DNA of 64,000 nucleotides from Daphnia carinata (taxonomy: Eukaryota), in the NCBI RefSeq assembly GCF_022539665.2, contig NC_081333.1:7440001-7504000 (forward strand), written 5' to 3'. A program made the position numbers and the translations under genes. Numbering within the stretch: position 1 is the stretch's first letter; each line of letters begins with the position of its first letter. The notes below the pieces were generated by a model, which had not been told where the DNA came from, did not search any database, and saw only the letters and a program-made list of their open reading frames with translations. Of the stretch, positions 39,719-51,980 are shown piece by piece.

Positions 39719-41592
39719 TTAGTATATTGCATTTTCGGGTATAGTACCTTCTTCTTTAGCTTTTTTAACGGCTTGATAGAAGCTGCTGAAATCCACGTAC
39801 GGTGCAATTCGCCCGTCATCATCCAGGAACATACTGGAAGATGGATTTGATTTCATTTGTTCTGAACTGTCTGAAGATGTAATGGATGCTTCAGTAAACA
39901 TTTCAGTTAGTGTGCCATTAATGCTACTTGAAGGTAACACTTCTATTTGGGAGTCAAATTTCAATCCTATTGCAAAGGGATCACTACTGTTTGTGTTGGG
40001 TGATGGATGATAGCTACGCAGTGTGCTACTTGCACTTGCTGGAGATGAAAGCTGAAAGTTGAAGTTTCTGATTAATAAGGTGATGTCGTCATGTTGACAA
40101 CATGTAAGATGACTAGGATCCTATTCAGTAGAACAAAAGAGATGATTAAAATTACGCCGTAAGTACAAGTATATATAAATAATTCCCTACTTTCATATAG
40201 TGATCGTGATGAATCCGTACTATTCGATCGACAACGCCTTGCGCGACGCCTGCTAATGTGGTTTGACTACCAAATTGTTCTACAACAATCTGTGCAATTT
40301 CTTTATTGGCCTGTTCACTTTGTGTTGCCTCTTCCAACGCGCCGTAGAGTCCTTGAGTCATTAGAAGTAGAAACCTTACGTCAAAGGAAAATATGATTGT
40401 TGACGAGTATGACTATTACATTTGCAGGTTAACGTGAACCTTTGTATGTATGCAAAAGCTTCTTACCTGCAAGAATCATCCAAGGCAATAGGACCCATAA
40501 TTTCAGCTTCAGCGATAACCGGTTCTCTTGTAGCTGCATTAAAGAGATCGAAATCTTTGTAGCCCCCTTTAACGTTGTAATTGCCGAGGCAGCGGGTTGC
40601 TAAGTGACTGCCTTTTTCTGGTGAATTGTACAGCAAAGATTCATCGAAATGATAGCCAGCTATCGTTTCTAAACTTCCAGGAAATAATCTATTAGTTACT
40701 CTGAAGTTTTTCCACGTCGATTCCGATATGAGACAGACGGAGAAGTTCGTCCTCGTTGGTTAAATCATGATCTACAGTCAACTGCATAACTCTAAGCACT
40801 CCCTCTGCATCTATTTTGCACAGCAATGCTCGACAATCTCCAACATTGGCAACATAAAGATGACCTAAATGACAAATTTTTTACCGATTACAGAAAAGTA
40901 TAGTTAAGTAGTTAAAATATTAATTCCATGGCAGGAGTTAGTAATCACCTTTGAATATCAGAGCAATGGCAACTGAAGCACCTGCAGACAACCGGGCATT
41001 GGCAGCTCTTAATCGATTCACAATATCAGGAAACTGTTGGTATGCATCATATGATTTAAATCCTAGTTACATCATAGCAAGAAGTTAAAATATTTTTTTT
41101 TTTTTTTATTTTTCAGTAAAGGCCATCACCCATACCATCAGGCAATTCACAAAGAAGGTTTGCTCTTTCGGCAAGTAAGTCATCTACAGATTCAAAATAG
41201 CTGCGTTCTACTGCCAGGAAGGCTTCTCTCAAAACATCTTTAATTGCTTCTGGGCTGTCTTTATCACTTAACTGACCAAGAAGGATTTCGGCTGGCATCC
41301 TTTGTGCAGCAAAATCTGCCATGGAACTACCATCTTTCCCATTAAATACTCCATACAGGAAAGTATGGTCATCAATTTTGAAGTGGAAACTTCTGTCTTC
41401 ACACTCATGAGCTTCTCTTCGATACCCATCTTCCTTATAAATCTGATTTTTCAATAGTCCCACACCTGGGGAGAGTTAAATATGTTGGAAGTGGCTTGAA
41501 TAGGAATTATTTTTTATGATTTCAAGACCTGTGTAGAAGCAAACAGGAAGATCGTCTGTCCAACTTTTAGCTTCGGAAACTTCTACCGACAT
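39719..41592 (-). CDS. TAB1: TAK1-binding protein 1 (PP2C-like pseudophosphatase)
   Basis: MSVEVSEAKSWTDDLPVC; LYGVFNGKDG...AQRMPAEILLGQL; LYVANVGDCRALLC; TRCLGNYNVKGGYKDFDL; C-terminal TAK1-binding motif DGRIAPYVDFSSFY; stop at 39721-39719. Confidence 0.93.
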
Positions 41593-41732
41593 TTTAGGAT
41601 AATGGTTCAACAGTGTGATCACAACTTAAAACCTTATAGACAAGAGGATACTTCTAAACTTCCCTCAATAAAAAAAACTGATAAACTAAACCATTAGTTA
41701 AAGCCAAGGCATTTCCCAGGTTCTATGCATTG

Positions 41733-41748
41733 TCTGGGAATTCCCAGA
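41733..41748. promoter_or_regulatory. Palindromic kappa-B-like site GGGAATTCCC within the 16-bp palindrome TCTGGGAATTCCCAGA
   Basis: About 145 bp upstream of the TAB1 ATG; matches the Rel/NF-kB consensus GGGRNWYYCC. Confidence 0.45.
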
Positions 41749-42113
41749 GAAAAATCCAGATTGCGCGGAAATTTCTTAGGAAAATCGTGTTCCCGATTCC
41801 TAGCAGAAGACATAACTTAACGGCGTTTGCCATTGGTTGTTTAAGGTTTTCTTTTTCTGTTTGTTTCTTTGATTAAAAATAAGTTAATTTAATTTTTTTT
41901 TACCGCAAAAAAAGTGTAAAGGCTATAGCGTTACTACTTTTTCATTTTTTCACTTTTTCACAACGAATTTTTTGCCTAAAATTCGAGATATAACAATTTA
42001 AATACACGATTTACATTCTAAATTAAACGGGGAATATGTTTTTCGTTTTTCCGTGGACTTGAACTTTTTGAAATAACGTTAAAAAAATGTTTTTCAAAGT
42101 TGGAGCGCTGGTA

Positions 42114-45100
42114 CGCTATAGCTGGAGTGCCACAGTTAATTATTCTGAATATTTCAATAAATAATAATTTGATGATAAAACGAACTAGATTTTCGAAATC
42201 AGCATTAAATTTAGAGTATAATGTGTGATTTTGAACGATTTCCAAGAGATTTCGTATTTCGGTCGATTTTGACAAAAGTGGGAAGGCTATAGCCTTCCTA
42301 CTTTTTCATTTTTCACAGAATTCTAGATTTGGTTAAAAATACATGATTCCGATTCAAAATCAAATAAGAATCACGAAAATTGACTTTATTTTTACCTGAG
42401 ACCTATAGTTTTTAAATTATTGAAGTTCAAAGTGGTCGCGCTCAAAATCGCTATAGCGCTGGAGTGCCACTGTTAATTATTCTGAATATTTCAAAAAAAT
42501 TTAATTTGATGAGAAAACGAACTAGATTTTCAAAATCAGCATTAAATTTAGAGAATAATGTGTGATTTTGAACGATTTCCAAGAGATTTCGTATTTCGGT
42601 CGATTTTGACAAAAGTGGAAAGGCTATAGCCTTCCTACTTTTTCATTTTTCACAAAATTCTAGATTTGGTTAAAAATACATGATTCCGATTCAAAATCAA
42701 ATGAGAATCACGAAAATCGACTTTACTTTTACCTGAGACCTATAGTTTTTAACTTATCAAAGTTCAAAGTGGTTGCGCTCAAAATCGCTATAGCGCTGGA
42801 GTGCCACAGTTAATTATTCAGAATATTTCAAAAAAATGTAATTTGATGAGAAAACGAACTAGATTTTCAAAATCAGCATTAAATTTAGAGTATAATATGT
42901 GATTTTGAACGATTTCCAAGATTTCGTATTTCGGTCGATTTTGACAAAAGTGGGAAGGCTATAGCCTTCCTACTTTTTCATTTTTCACAGAATTCTAGAT
43001 TTGGTTAAAAATACATGATTCCGATTCAAACTCAAATAAGAATCACGAAAATTGACTTTATTTTTACCTGAGACCTATAGTTTTTAACTTATCAAAGTTC
43101 AAAGTGGTTGCGCTCAAAATCGCTATAGCGCTGGAGTGCCACAGTTAATTATTCAGAATATTTCAAAAAAATGTAATTTGATGAGAAAACGAACTAGATT
43201 TTCAAAATCAGCATTAAATTTAGAGTATAATGTGTGATTTTGAACGATTTCCAAGAGATTTCGTATTTCGGTCGATTTTGACAAAAGTGGGAAGGCTATA
43301 GCCTTCCTACTTTTTCATTTTTCACAAAATTCTAGATTTGGTTAAAAATACATGATTCCGATTCAAACTCAAATAAGAATCACGAAAATCGCCTTTATTT
43401 TTACCTGAGACCTATAGTTTTTAAATTATTGAAGTTCAAAGTGGTCGCGCTCAAAATCGCTTTAGCGCTGGAGTGCCACAGTTAATTATTCTGAGTATTT
43501 CAAAAAAATGTAATTTGATGAGAAAACGAACTAGATTTTCAAAATCAGCATTAAATTTAGAGTATAATGTGTGATTTTGAACGATTTCCGAGAGATTTCG
43601 TATTTCGGTCGATTTTGACAAAAGTGGGAAGGCTATAGCCTTCCTACTTTTTCATTTTTCACAAAATTCTAGATTTGGTTAAAAATACATGATTCCGATT
43701 CAAAATCAAATGAGAATCACGAAAGTTGACTTTATTTTTACCTGAGACCTATAGTTTTTAACTTATCAAAGTTCAAAGTGGTTGCGCTCAAAATCGCTAT
43801 AGCGCTGGAGTGCCACAGTTAATTATTCAGAATATTTCAAAAAAATGTAATTTGATGAGAAAACGAACTAGATTTTCAAAATCAGCATTAAATTTAGAGT
43901 ATAATATGTGATTTTGAACGATTTCCAAGAGATTTCGTATTTCGGTCGATTTTGACAAAAGTGGGAAGGCTATAGCCTTCCTACTTTTTCATTTTTCACA
44001 GAATTCTAGATTTGGTTAAAAATACATGATTCCGATTCAAACTCAAATAAGAATCACGAAAATTGACTTTATTTTTACCTGAGACCTATAGTTTTTAACT
44101 TATCAAAGTTCAAAGTGGTTGCGCTCAAAATCGCTATAGCGCTGGAGTGCCACAGTTAATTATTCAGAATATTTCAAAAAAATGTAATTTGATGAGAAAA
44201 CGAACTAGATTTTCAAAATCAGCATTAAATTTAGAGTATAATGTGTGATTTTGAACGATTTCCAAGAGATTTCGTATTTCGGTCGATTTTGACAAAAGTG
44301 GGAAGGCTATAGCCTTCCTACTTTTTCATTTTTCACAAAATTCTAGATTTGGTTAAAAATACATGATTCCGATTCAAACTCAAATAAGAATCACGAAAAT
44401 CGCCTTTATTTTTACCTGAGACCTATAGTTTTTAAATTATTGAAGTTCAAAGTGGTCGCGCTCAAAATCGCTTTAGCGCTGGAGTGCCACAGTTAATTAT
44501 TCTAAGTATTTCAAAAAAATGTAATTTGATGAGAAAACGAACTAGATTTTCAAAATCAGCATTAAATTTAGAGTATAATGTGTGATTTTGAACGATTTCC
44601 AAGAGATTTCGTATTTCGGTCGATTTTGACAAAAGTGGGAAGGCTATAGCCTTCCTACTTTTTCATTTTTCACAAAATTCTAGATTTGGTTAAAAATACA
44701 TGATTCCGATTCAAAATCAAATGAGAATCACGAAAATTGACTTTATTTTTACCTGAGACCTATAGTTTTTATCTTATCAAAGTTCAAAGTGGTTGCGCTC
44801 AAAATCGCTATAGCGCTGGAGTGCCACAGTTAATTATTCTGAATATTTCAAAAAAATATAATTTGATGAGAAAATGAACTAGATTTTCAAAATCAGCATT
44901 AAATTTAGAGTATAATGTGTGATTTTGAACGATTTCCGAGAGATTTCGTATTTCGGTCGATTTTGACAAAAGTGGGAAGGCTATAGCCTTCCTACTTTTT
45001 CATTTTTCACAAAATTCTAGATTTGGTTAAAAATACATGATTCCGATTCAAAATCAAATGAGAATCACGAAAGTTGACTTTATTTTTACCTGAGACCTAT

Positions 45101-45130
45101 AGTTTTTAACTTATCAAAGTTCAAAGTGGT
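42114..45130. repeat. Tandem array (satellite-like) of a 337-bp unit, ~9 near-identical copies, plus a degenerate part-copy at ~41915-42113
   Basis: The anchor GCTGGAGTGCC recurs at 42121, 42458, 42795, 43130, 43467, 43804, 44141, 44478 and 44815. Spacing is 337, with one 335 caused by a 2-bp deletion. Confidence 0.97.
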
Positions 45131-45565
45131 TCCGATTTTTTCCTAGGGCTTATAGTTTTTGAATAAATCGTAAAAGATAACAAACCCAAATTTGTGCGCT
45201 ACCAACATTTCGTTTCTTCATTTTAAAATAAGCAGTTGGTTTGACAAGAAAACAAACCACTTTATCGAAACCAGCGTATAATTTGGGGTTGTGCAGTGTG
45301 ATTTTTCTCGGATCAGTAAATGAAGTATCTTCAACTTTTATATTACCTGTAGAAGATTTTTCAGTTACTTCAGTTAAACCATAGCTGAGATAGAAAACTA
45401 ATAGATTGGCATGTTTATTTGGGGGTCCAAATTCTTTTATTTGTTCATAACAACATTTTAGTTTCGTATTCCATATCAGTATGCCGTGCACTTTTCCGCA
45501 GACATATACCCGCTTTTTAAATCGAAATGGAGATTGGTGGATTGCTTCACTTTTTGGGGGTATGT

Positions 45566-47016
45566 TTAATGCCAGGGTACTTGGTTTGGGTTGCTAATGG
45601 CACCAAGTTTAAAGTACCGTGCTGTACCACCAGAACCAATAGTTTTATCACGATCAGTTCCATCTTCTGGAGTAACCCCCGATCCATCACCCTTCAAAAC
45701 AGCAATGCATTTCCAACTTTGCAAATAATTGGCTGTAAAAAAAAGGATAGAAATAAAAAATAAAATAATTCATCGCTAGAAGCAAAAGTAGCCTATCCAC
45801 AAACATGACTTGCCTTTCCACATTCTTAGACACCCATCGTCCCCTGAAGAGGCTAAAATAGTTCCAGTGATATTCCACGAAATTCTCCAAACCGTAGAGT
45901 GGTGGTCGTCAAACTGTGCTGCCTGCAGTACCTCTAATTGAGATGTCGGACATGCGGCAAATGCATCTTTCCTTCATTTGCAAAATGGGAGTTTTAGGCT
46001 TAATTTTTAACAGATTCAATCTGAACACGTACTGTGGTGGTCGAAGAATAACAATTCTAACATCCTTGCTTGCAATACCCAAAATATGATAACTTCTTCC
46101 GAGGTTTGGTGCGAAAGCTATGTCATGTACAGGATCGACAATTGTGTTGATTGTTTCGGCTTTAGACCAACGATGAGAACTTTCACTATATTCAAACAAA
46201 AAGACTTTTCCACCAGATGCAACATTTGTGTCATCACTGCCAACTGCCAGCATAGGTGGATGAAGACGAGAAAATGAAGGGTTCCATGACAAACAAGAAG
46301 CTGGCATTTTCAGGGTTATTTCCTGTTGCAAACTCCATTGGCTTAGATTCATGATGTCGGGAGCTTCATATATCCTAACCTGTAATTGAAATTTAACAGC
46401 ACTTTCATTTTATTTTTTGTTAACTTTAAATACTAGATTATTAATTTTTATTTAAAAAATCAATTGAATAACTTACACCACCATCAGCTGAGCACATGGC
46501 CAACAAAAGCCCCATGTGTTTTGGTGCAAATTTAATGTCTGTCACATTAGTTCGTGAATCTACTAAGCTTGTCCGTTTAACCCAGTGGCTTTGATTTTTA
46601 CTTTGTGTTGAATTTCCAGATTCACCAACTACATAAAAAAGCCAGTTACAAGAGGGTAAAACAATATCAATTATTTTCACCAACCAATTTCTTCCCATAT
46701 TGCAGCTGTTCTGTCAAAAGAGCAAGTGGCTAGAATTTGACCAAATTCTGGATGGGCCCAATTAACTTTCCAAACTGAACCAGCATGAGTCTTCCAGTCT
46801 GCTGTACATCTCCATTCATCATTCTCATCTAAATCAAAAACCTAAACGAGGCAGCAGTACACCATTATAATACAGAGCGCTGGTCTTCATAATCTCGAAA
46901 CTTACTTTTACGCTCTGGTCCGAGGAACAAGTTGCCAATCGGCGGCCGTAAAAATCATATGCCACATCGTGGATAAGGTCTTTGTGTTCTGCATTAATAG
47001 TTCTTGCTTGAAACAT
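45566..47016 (-). CDS. SEH1: Nucleoporin SEH1 (WD40; also GATOR2 subunit)
   Basis: [115 protein letters not shown]; ends PNQVPWH* with stop at 45568-45566. Confidence 0.97.
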
Positions 47017-47671
47017 GTTTACAAAATATTAGCTATTAAGTAAAAGAAAATTTCCTCTTTAAATATTTGAAAAATAACGACTGAAATACAAGCAGCCGAC
47101 AAACTTCCAGACAGCGACAATTTCCCCAGATGACAACGGATTCATGTGGCATAGTTTTTCCCAAAAAGATGGTGAGCGTATAAAATAGATGGCGTAAGGC
47201 GCATCCGTCATTCCGGTTCCTTCTCCTACCAACCAAGCTTACCTGTCGCTTCGGCACGGTACGGTATCTTGCACATTCAGTCATTCTAAGCCCAACTTTT
47301 TGCACAAAAAAGTTAAATTACCATGTAATTGAATTGTAAATGCTCAAGGCACAATAATTATATAAAACAAAGTTATCACTCACTGTCTAACATTGTACAT
47401 TTTTCTGTTTACGTCCATTGTACATTTATGTCCATGATATTGGGATACACTCTAAAAAATTGACGAAATAGGTACACCACTTGGAATTCAATAATAAATA
47501 ATATACTTTACTAAAAACTGAACGCTGATTTCAGGGAAGTTGTTAGTTTTCTCGAACATGCAGTTGTTTTTAAAATATATTGAATATTGGGCTGTAGCAT
47601 GATTACGCTGTGCCATGGACTTGAATATCCATTCAGGAAAGGACTACATTGCAACCAAGTTTTTCATGCGT

Positions 47672-47684
47672 GTTGCTAGGTAAC
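47672..47684 (+). promoter_or_regulatory. RFX X-box GTTGCTAGGTAAC
   Basis: Near-consensus X-box (GTTRCY-N-RGYAAC) 35 bp upstream of the ATG of a ciliary transition-zone gene; X-boxes are the established regulators of ciliary genes. Confidence 0.7.
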
Positions 47685-47718
47685 GAGTGTTTTTCAAAGC
47701 CAAACATTGAAAGCAACG

Positions 47719-50700
47719 ATGATCGTCTTAGTCGTGACTCACGTGTTATTTTTGATCTTTGTCAAAGTGGAATCTTATGACGTCATTTCATCTCTGTCAC
47801 CCAAAAATTGTAATGATTCTTCTTACTTTGATTCACTCTCGCATAAATGCAAGAGTTGCGGGATCTTTCAAACTGCTTCTCGTGACCATTTGAGCTGTAA
47901 ATGTGACATTGGCCGTTACCCCGAATACAGTGAAAAGACGAAATCAATTGAGTGCGTTTCATGCGTACAATCATTTCAGTCGGATACGTGTTTAAAAGAC
48001 AATCTCACCTGCGAATTGTATGACATAAAAGGTAGGAATCGTTCCTTTTTTTCTTTCATTTTCCTTTTTTTTGTTGGATTTGATTATTGTGTCTTCTACG
48101 ATGGAGCCAAACGGTTAACTTGAAAATATTTTTTAGTCTTGCAAGTTACTGGAAATTCTACCATTGCAAGATGTCTCAGATGTCCATTATGGCAACAGCC
48201 TGACGCTGGTAGATCATCGTGTGTACCTTGTTCTGACATGTGCCATTGTCCTGATGACTATGAAGACGTCAATGGAACATGCGTCAAGGATTATTTTGCA
48301 TTTCCCGATACGCCAAGCATCTCTACCTTCAATTTGGATGGACGTACGTACATATCTAATTATTTGCGAGAGTGGGTTCGGCCGGCTGCTGCGAAGTGCA
48401 AGGTACCATACCACTGTTTAGAAATTCTAGAAACTAGAATGATCAAATTTCGATTTCAAAAAGGCCGAAGGCGGGGGAAAACATTGTGAGCATTTGACCA
48501 ATATCTGCGTTCTAACGGATTACAACTATGATTCGCAGTCAGCGTGCGCTTTCTATCGACAGTTATCTACTGGCTTTAGCCACTCCATCTACTACGACGA
48601 TAGTCAAGGCGATTACCTATTAAATTCAGCAAGAATAAATATACTCAAAGATCAAGTAGAAATCATCTCAAATATTAAAAATTTTAACTTTGAATTAAAC
48701 ATTTCCTTCCCCCCTTCCAGACGATGGAGTTTGTGGTGAAGCAATACGGGTTGGATGGTACCTATCAACTCATTCAGCCTCTCCGTTCGGTTTTTACATC
48801 ATTGTGCTGCACAGGCATTTGGAAACCAATTCAAAGAAACGGCAATATTTATAAAAGCTGCTCGCTTCATCTCAAAACTGCAAGCGTAGCAGATATGCGT
48901 TTTTATGAACTATATTTTGTTGATCAAGCGGTTAATCAGTCAAGGTTGATAAACGTTCCAGTGAAAGTGCTAAATTTTCTCCGTGGCGGGGTTCAACGTA
49001 ATAGGGTAAGTCAGTGTGCACTATCTTATTTCAAACCATCGAACTAATCTTAAAGGAGAACTGATACGTATTTAACAAATCAGGAAAATGATATTTCTCG
49101 TTGGCAACTCACCAAGAGGTTCTTCAACTTTGATGTCGCGATTGGTAGTAACCAAGAAGGGAACATCGATTTCATCCGTTATCTATCTTCCTTTACTATT
49201 AGGTGACTTTTTTTCATTAAGTTATCTGTGGAAGGTAAAAAAATAATTAAAACAATAACCATTTTTAGATTCTCTGTGGTACAAGGCGAAAAATCACTCG
49301 GCTTACGCTCACTTTATGCAACAATAAACTATGAAACTGTGGGCAACCTTGAAAATCGAAAACCACCTTTGGTTTATTTTGCGGTAAAAAATGTCGTCAG
49401 CATGGACGAAGCTATGAAATCTCTAGAGGTAGAATGTGCGATTATTTTTCATTGTTCAATTTTGGAAGACGGAATTTGCAAAAAAAAAATTGGCGAATCA
49501 ACAGGTTGCGCTGAGTGTGCTCAGCTCCTTTGGGGCTCTTTACGCGTTAATAAGGATTGTTGTATGGTTTGTGATATAGTTACATTCTGCTGGTTATTCT
49601 TTGAATTTTATCCATCTTATATGATATAGGTACATACGTTCCGACAAGGCAACAATTGATCTTTTGACTCTGATCCGTTTGTTATTCTACGGAGCAGACA
49701 TTTTGGGGAATGTAATTCTAATAGTGGTGTTTTTCTTTACCTTCTACTGGTTTATAACCTTCCGGCAACAAGAGGAAGTGGCAATAAGCCTTCCTTCAGC
49801 ACAAGAAGAACAATTCATCAAAGATCTCGTTATCAGTGCTTTCACTTTAAAAGTATTAACTAATCAAATATTAGCATTTTACAGTATGTACGTAAGCAAC
49901 GATTATGTTTCTTTCTACCATGACGACACGTTACCTTTAGGCTATCAGTGTACTATGGATGATCGGTGAGCAGTGTACCGTCGATATCTTTTTGATCGAT
50001 TGGGAGAGTCCAAAACCAACGAAAACTGAGGTTGTTAGCGTTTGGAGGATGTTCTTCGTAGCCAACGAATGGAACGAACTCCAAGTGGCGCGTAAGAGTT
50101 CCACGTCTCTCCAGGTTATCCTAGTTCTATTGGCTCTCAAGGTAGTAACTTATTGATAGAAACAATACTTATCTTGAGGAGATGCTCAACTTTGTCATAA
50201 TTTTATAGGTTTTTCAGTTTGAGCGCTTTGCTTTAGAAATCCCATCTACATACTTTGTGATGGAATCGTTGTTAAATTACAGTACAGTATTACGTCTGGC
50301 ACTTGGATTGTTCACCTATCTTATCGTCGTCCTGATGCAAAATGTCTTGAATGCTGTCATCTTCGAGCGTTATTTCGAGAATAAAGTACAGCGGTTTACT
50401 GATGTCTGCACACTTTCAAATATTTCCGTTTGGGTCCGAGTACATACTCGCTACGGCTTCTACGTTCACGGAAGGTATGCAACCTTTGAAGTAACTATTA
50501 GATTTGTCATAATTTTTGGCTACCACACATAGATCACCGCACGGTTTTGCCGACATAGATATGCCAACTATGTGTCAACAGTTGCAGCGTGAAGAAGAAA
50601 ATTTATGTGCCCAACGCGGTCTTGTCCAAGGACAAGACATTCAAACATTTTCCATTTTTTTCCACCATGCTCTTTTGGACAAATGGCGGAAACTTCACAC

Positions 50701-51373
50701 CAGTCAGGTAAGTTGCTCACATTATGTTTTGTAAATGTGTTTTTCGTTGGCACGCCTTTTTATAATCTCCTTTTGACTCAGCCTAGCGGTACCTACCCTA
50801 CCTTTGACGCGCGAAACCAGTTTCTAACATCTTTCCTAGACCACGTATGTTTCTCAAATTTCATTAAATTGCCTATTCAGTGCTAAATGTCAAATATTTT
50901 AACAGGCTATAAGAGACGTTGACTACGAAGTGCGTGATAGGCATTTTTTAGAAACCATACTCGATATGGAAATGTGGTGGAATATGACGTTTAACGAGCG
51001 TACTGTATTTTACAACGGTATATCAGTAATATCATTTTATTAGTAAAAAGTAAACCAACCTCGTCTTTGGTTTTTCTAGATGGAAAAAATTGTTTTGATT
51101 CGGTGTTGTTCTACGGCAATGAAACAACTTTGGTGATTTTCGAACTTGCTCTTTTCGCCTTGGTAGACATTTTTTGTCATTGCTACCTCACTGCCGCTGT
51201 TACCGTATTTATAGTCTATAAGGTAATCACGAATTGGGGTAAAATTTTATGCCCATTCGAATCGCTAAAAAGCAACTTTTCTTCAACTACAGGCACTTCA
51301 ATTTCTCCGGTATCGTTTTGGAAGGCAGAACTTAGCGAAGAAAACCATGATCGATCCACGTTTCTTATTTTAA
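47719..51373 (+). CDS. TMEM67: Meckelin (TMEM67/MKS3), ciliary transition-zone protein
   Basis: Signal peptide, Cys-rich ectodomain, LTNICVL, WQLTKRFF, VDIFLIDWESPK...VSVWRMFFVANEWNELQ, GFYVHGRSPHGFADIDM, FDSVLFYGNE; C-terminus QNLAKKTMIDPRFLF* with stop at 51371-51373. Confidence 0.95.
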
Positions 51374-51646
51374 TATTTATAAAATATTCTTCTTTTTTTT
51401 TCTTTTGCGCCTTGTTAGTTGGCTCTCGCTGGATTCTTTTCAAAACAAAAATTCTTGACCTGCCGTAAGCTTGCTTCAATAAAATCTCTTTACAATAAAA
51501 TGCACATGCATTTTCTTGAAATAAAAAAAAAGAACTCAATTATTTTACAATGTGTTTCTCAAGGGCGGAGAAACCCTAGCTTTTAATTTTGATTTCAGGA
51601 TGACTGTTAATACGGTTACTGTTAATAAGAAAACTATTAATACGAT

Positions 51647-51956
51647 AAAAGTTGAGTTGGCGGTTGCACCTTACCACCAACCCAACCAATTACTAATAAC
51701 TAACCTACTTATACTAGTACCTAACTTATGCATGAGTTTGTTTCCATTTTGCCATGTGATGTGCACTGTCCCACTACGTTTTTGCTGGACAACCCTGATT
51801 GCCGGCTAATCAGGGTTCCGTATTGGCGTAGGTAGTGGAACGTCACGATGACAGAAGAGGGAAATTCAACTCAAGGGAGACGTGACGGTCACGTGATCCA
51901 ACTATGAACCGCGAATTCACAACTAGATCACAAGACGGTTAGGTCACCACGTCTCC
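51647..51956 (-). ncRNA. Structured ~310-nt putative RNA polymerase III transcript; candidate telomerase RNA
   Basis: TATAAAA at -31 to -25 (51987-51981), G start at 51956, no T4 run for ~306 nt, then a 14-bp hairpin (51686-51651) and TTTT (51650-51647). Several helices contain G-U pairs that work only on the minus strand. ACCUAACC lies at 51944-51937. Confidence is for a ncRNA gene; the telomerase identity is less certain. Confidence 0.75.
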
Positions 51957-51980
51957 AATAGAGTGCGGCACACACAAGTC

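Noticed and set aside
42114..45130. CRISPR array, rDNA spacer or 5S/tRNA cluster interpretation of the array
   Set aside because: No unique spacers, no A/B boxes or RNA gene sequence, and a eukaryotic single-copy gene context.
51700..51707. Plus-strand CTAACCTA as a telomerase template
   Set aside because: The plus strand has internal T4/T5 runs, no positioned TATA box, and its helices would contain A-C mismatches.
51647..51956. 7SK, RNase P/MRP or SRP identity for the Pol III-like RNA
   Set aside because: The paired GAUC/GAUC lacks the bulged U residues of 7SK, and the 5' end does not pair beside the 3' hairpin. No P4 pseudoknot consensus and no Alu/S-domain motifs are visible. Disfavoured by eye, not excluded without cmscan.
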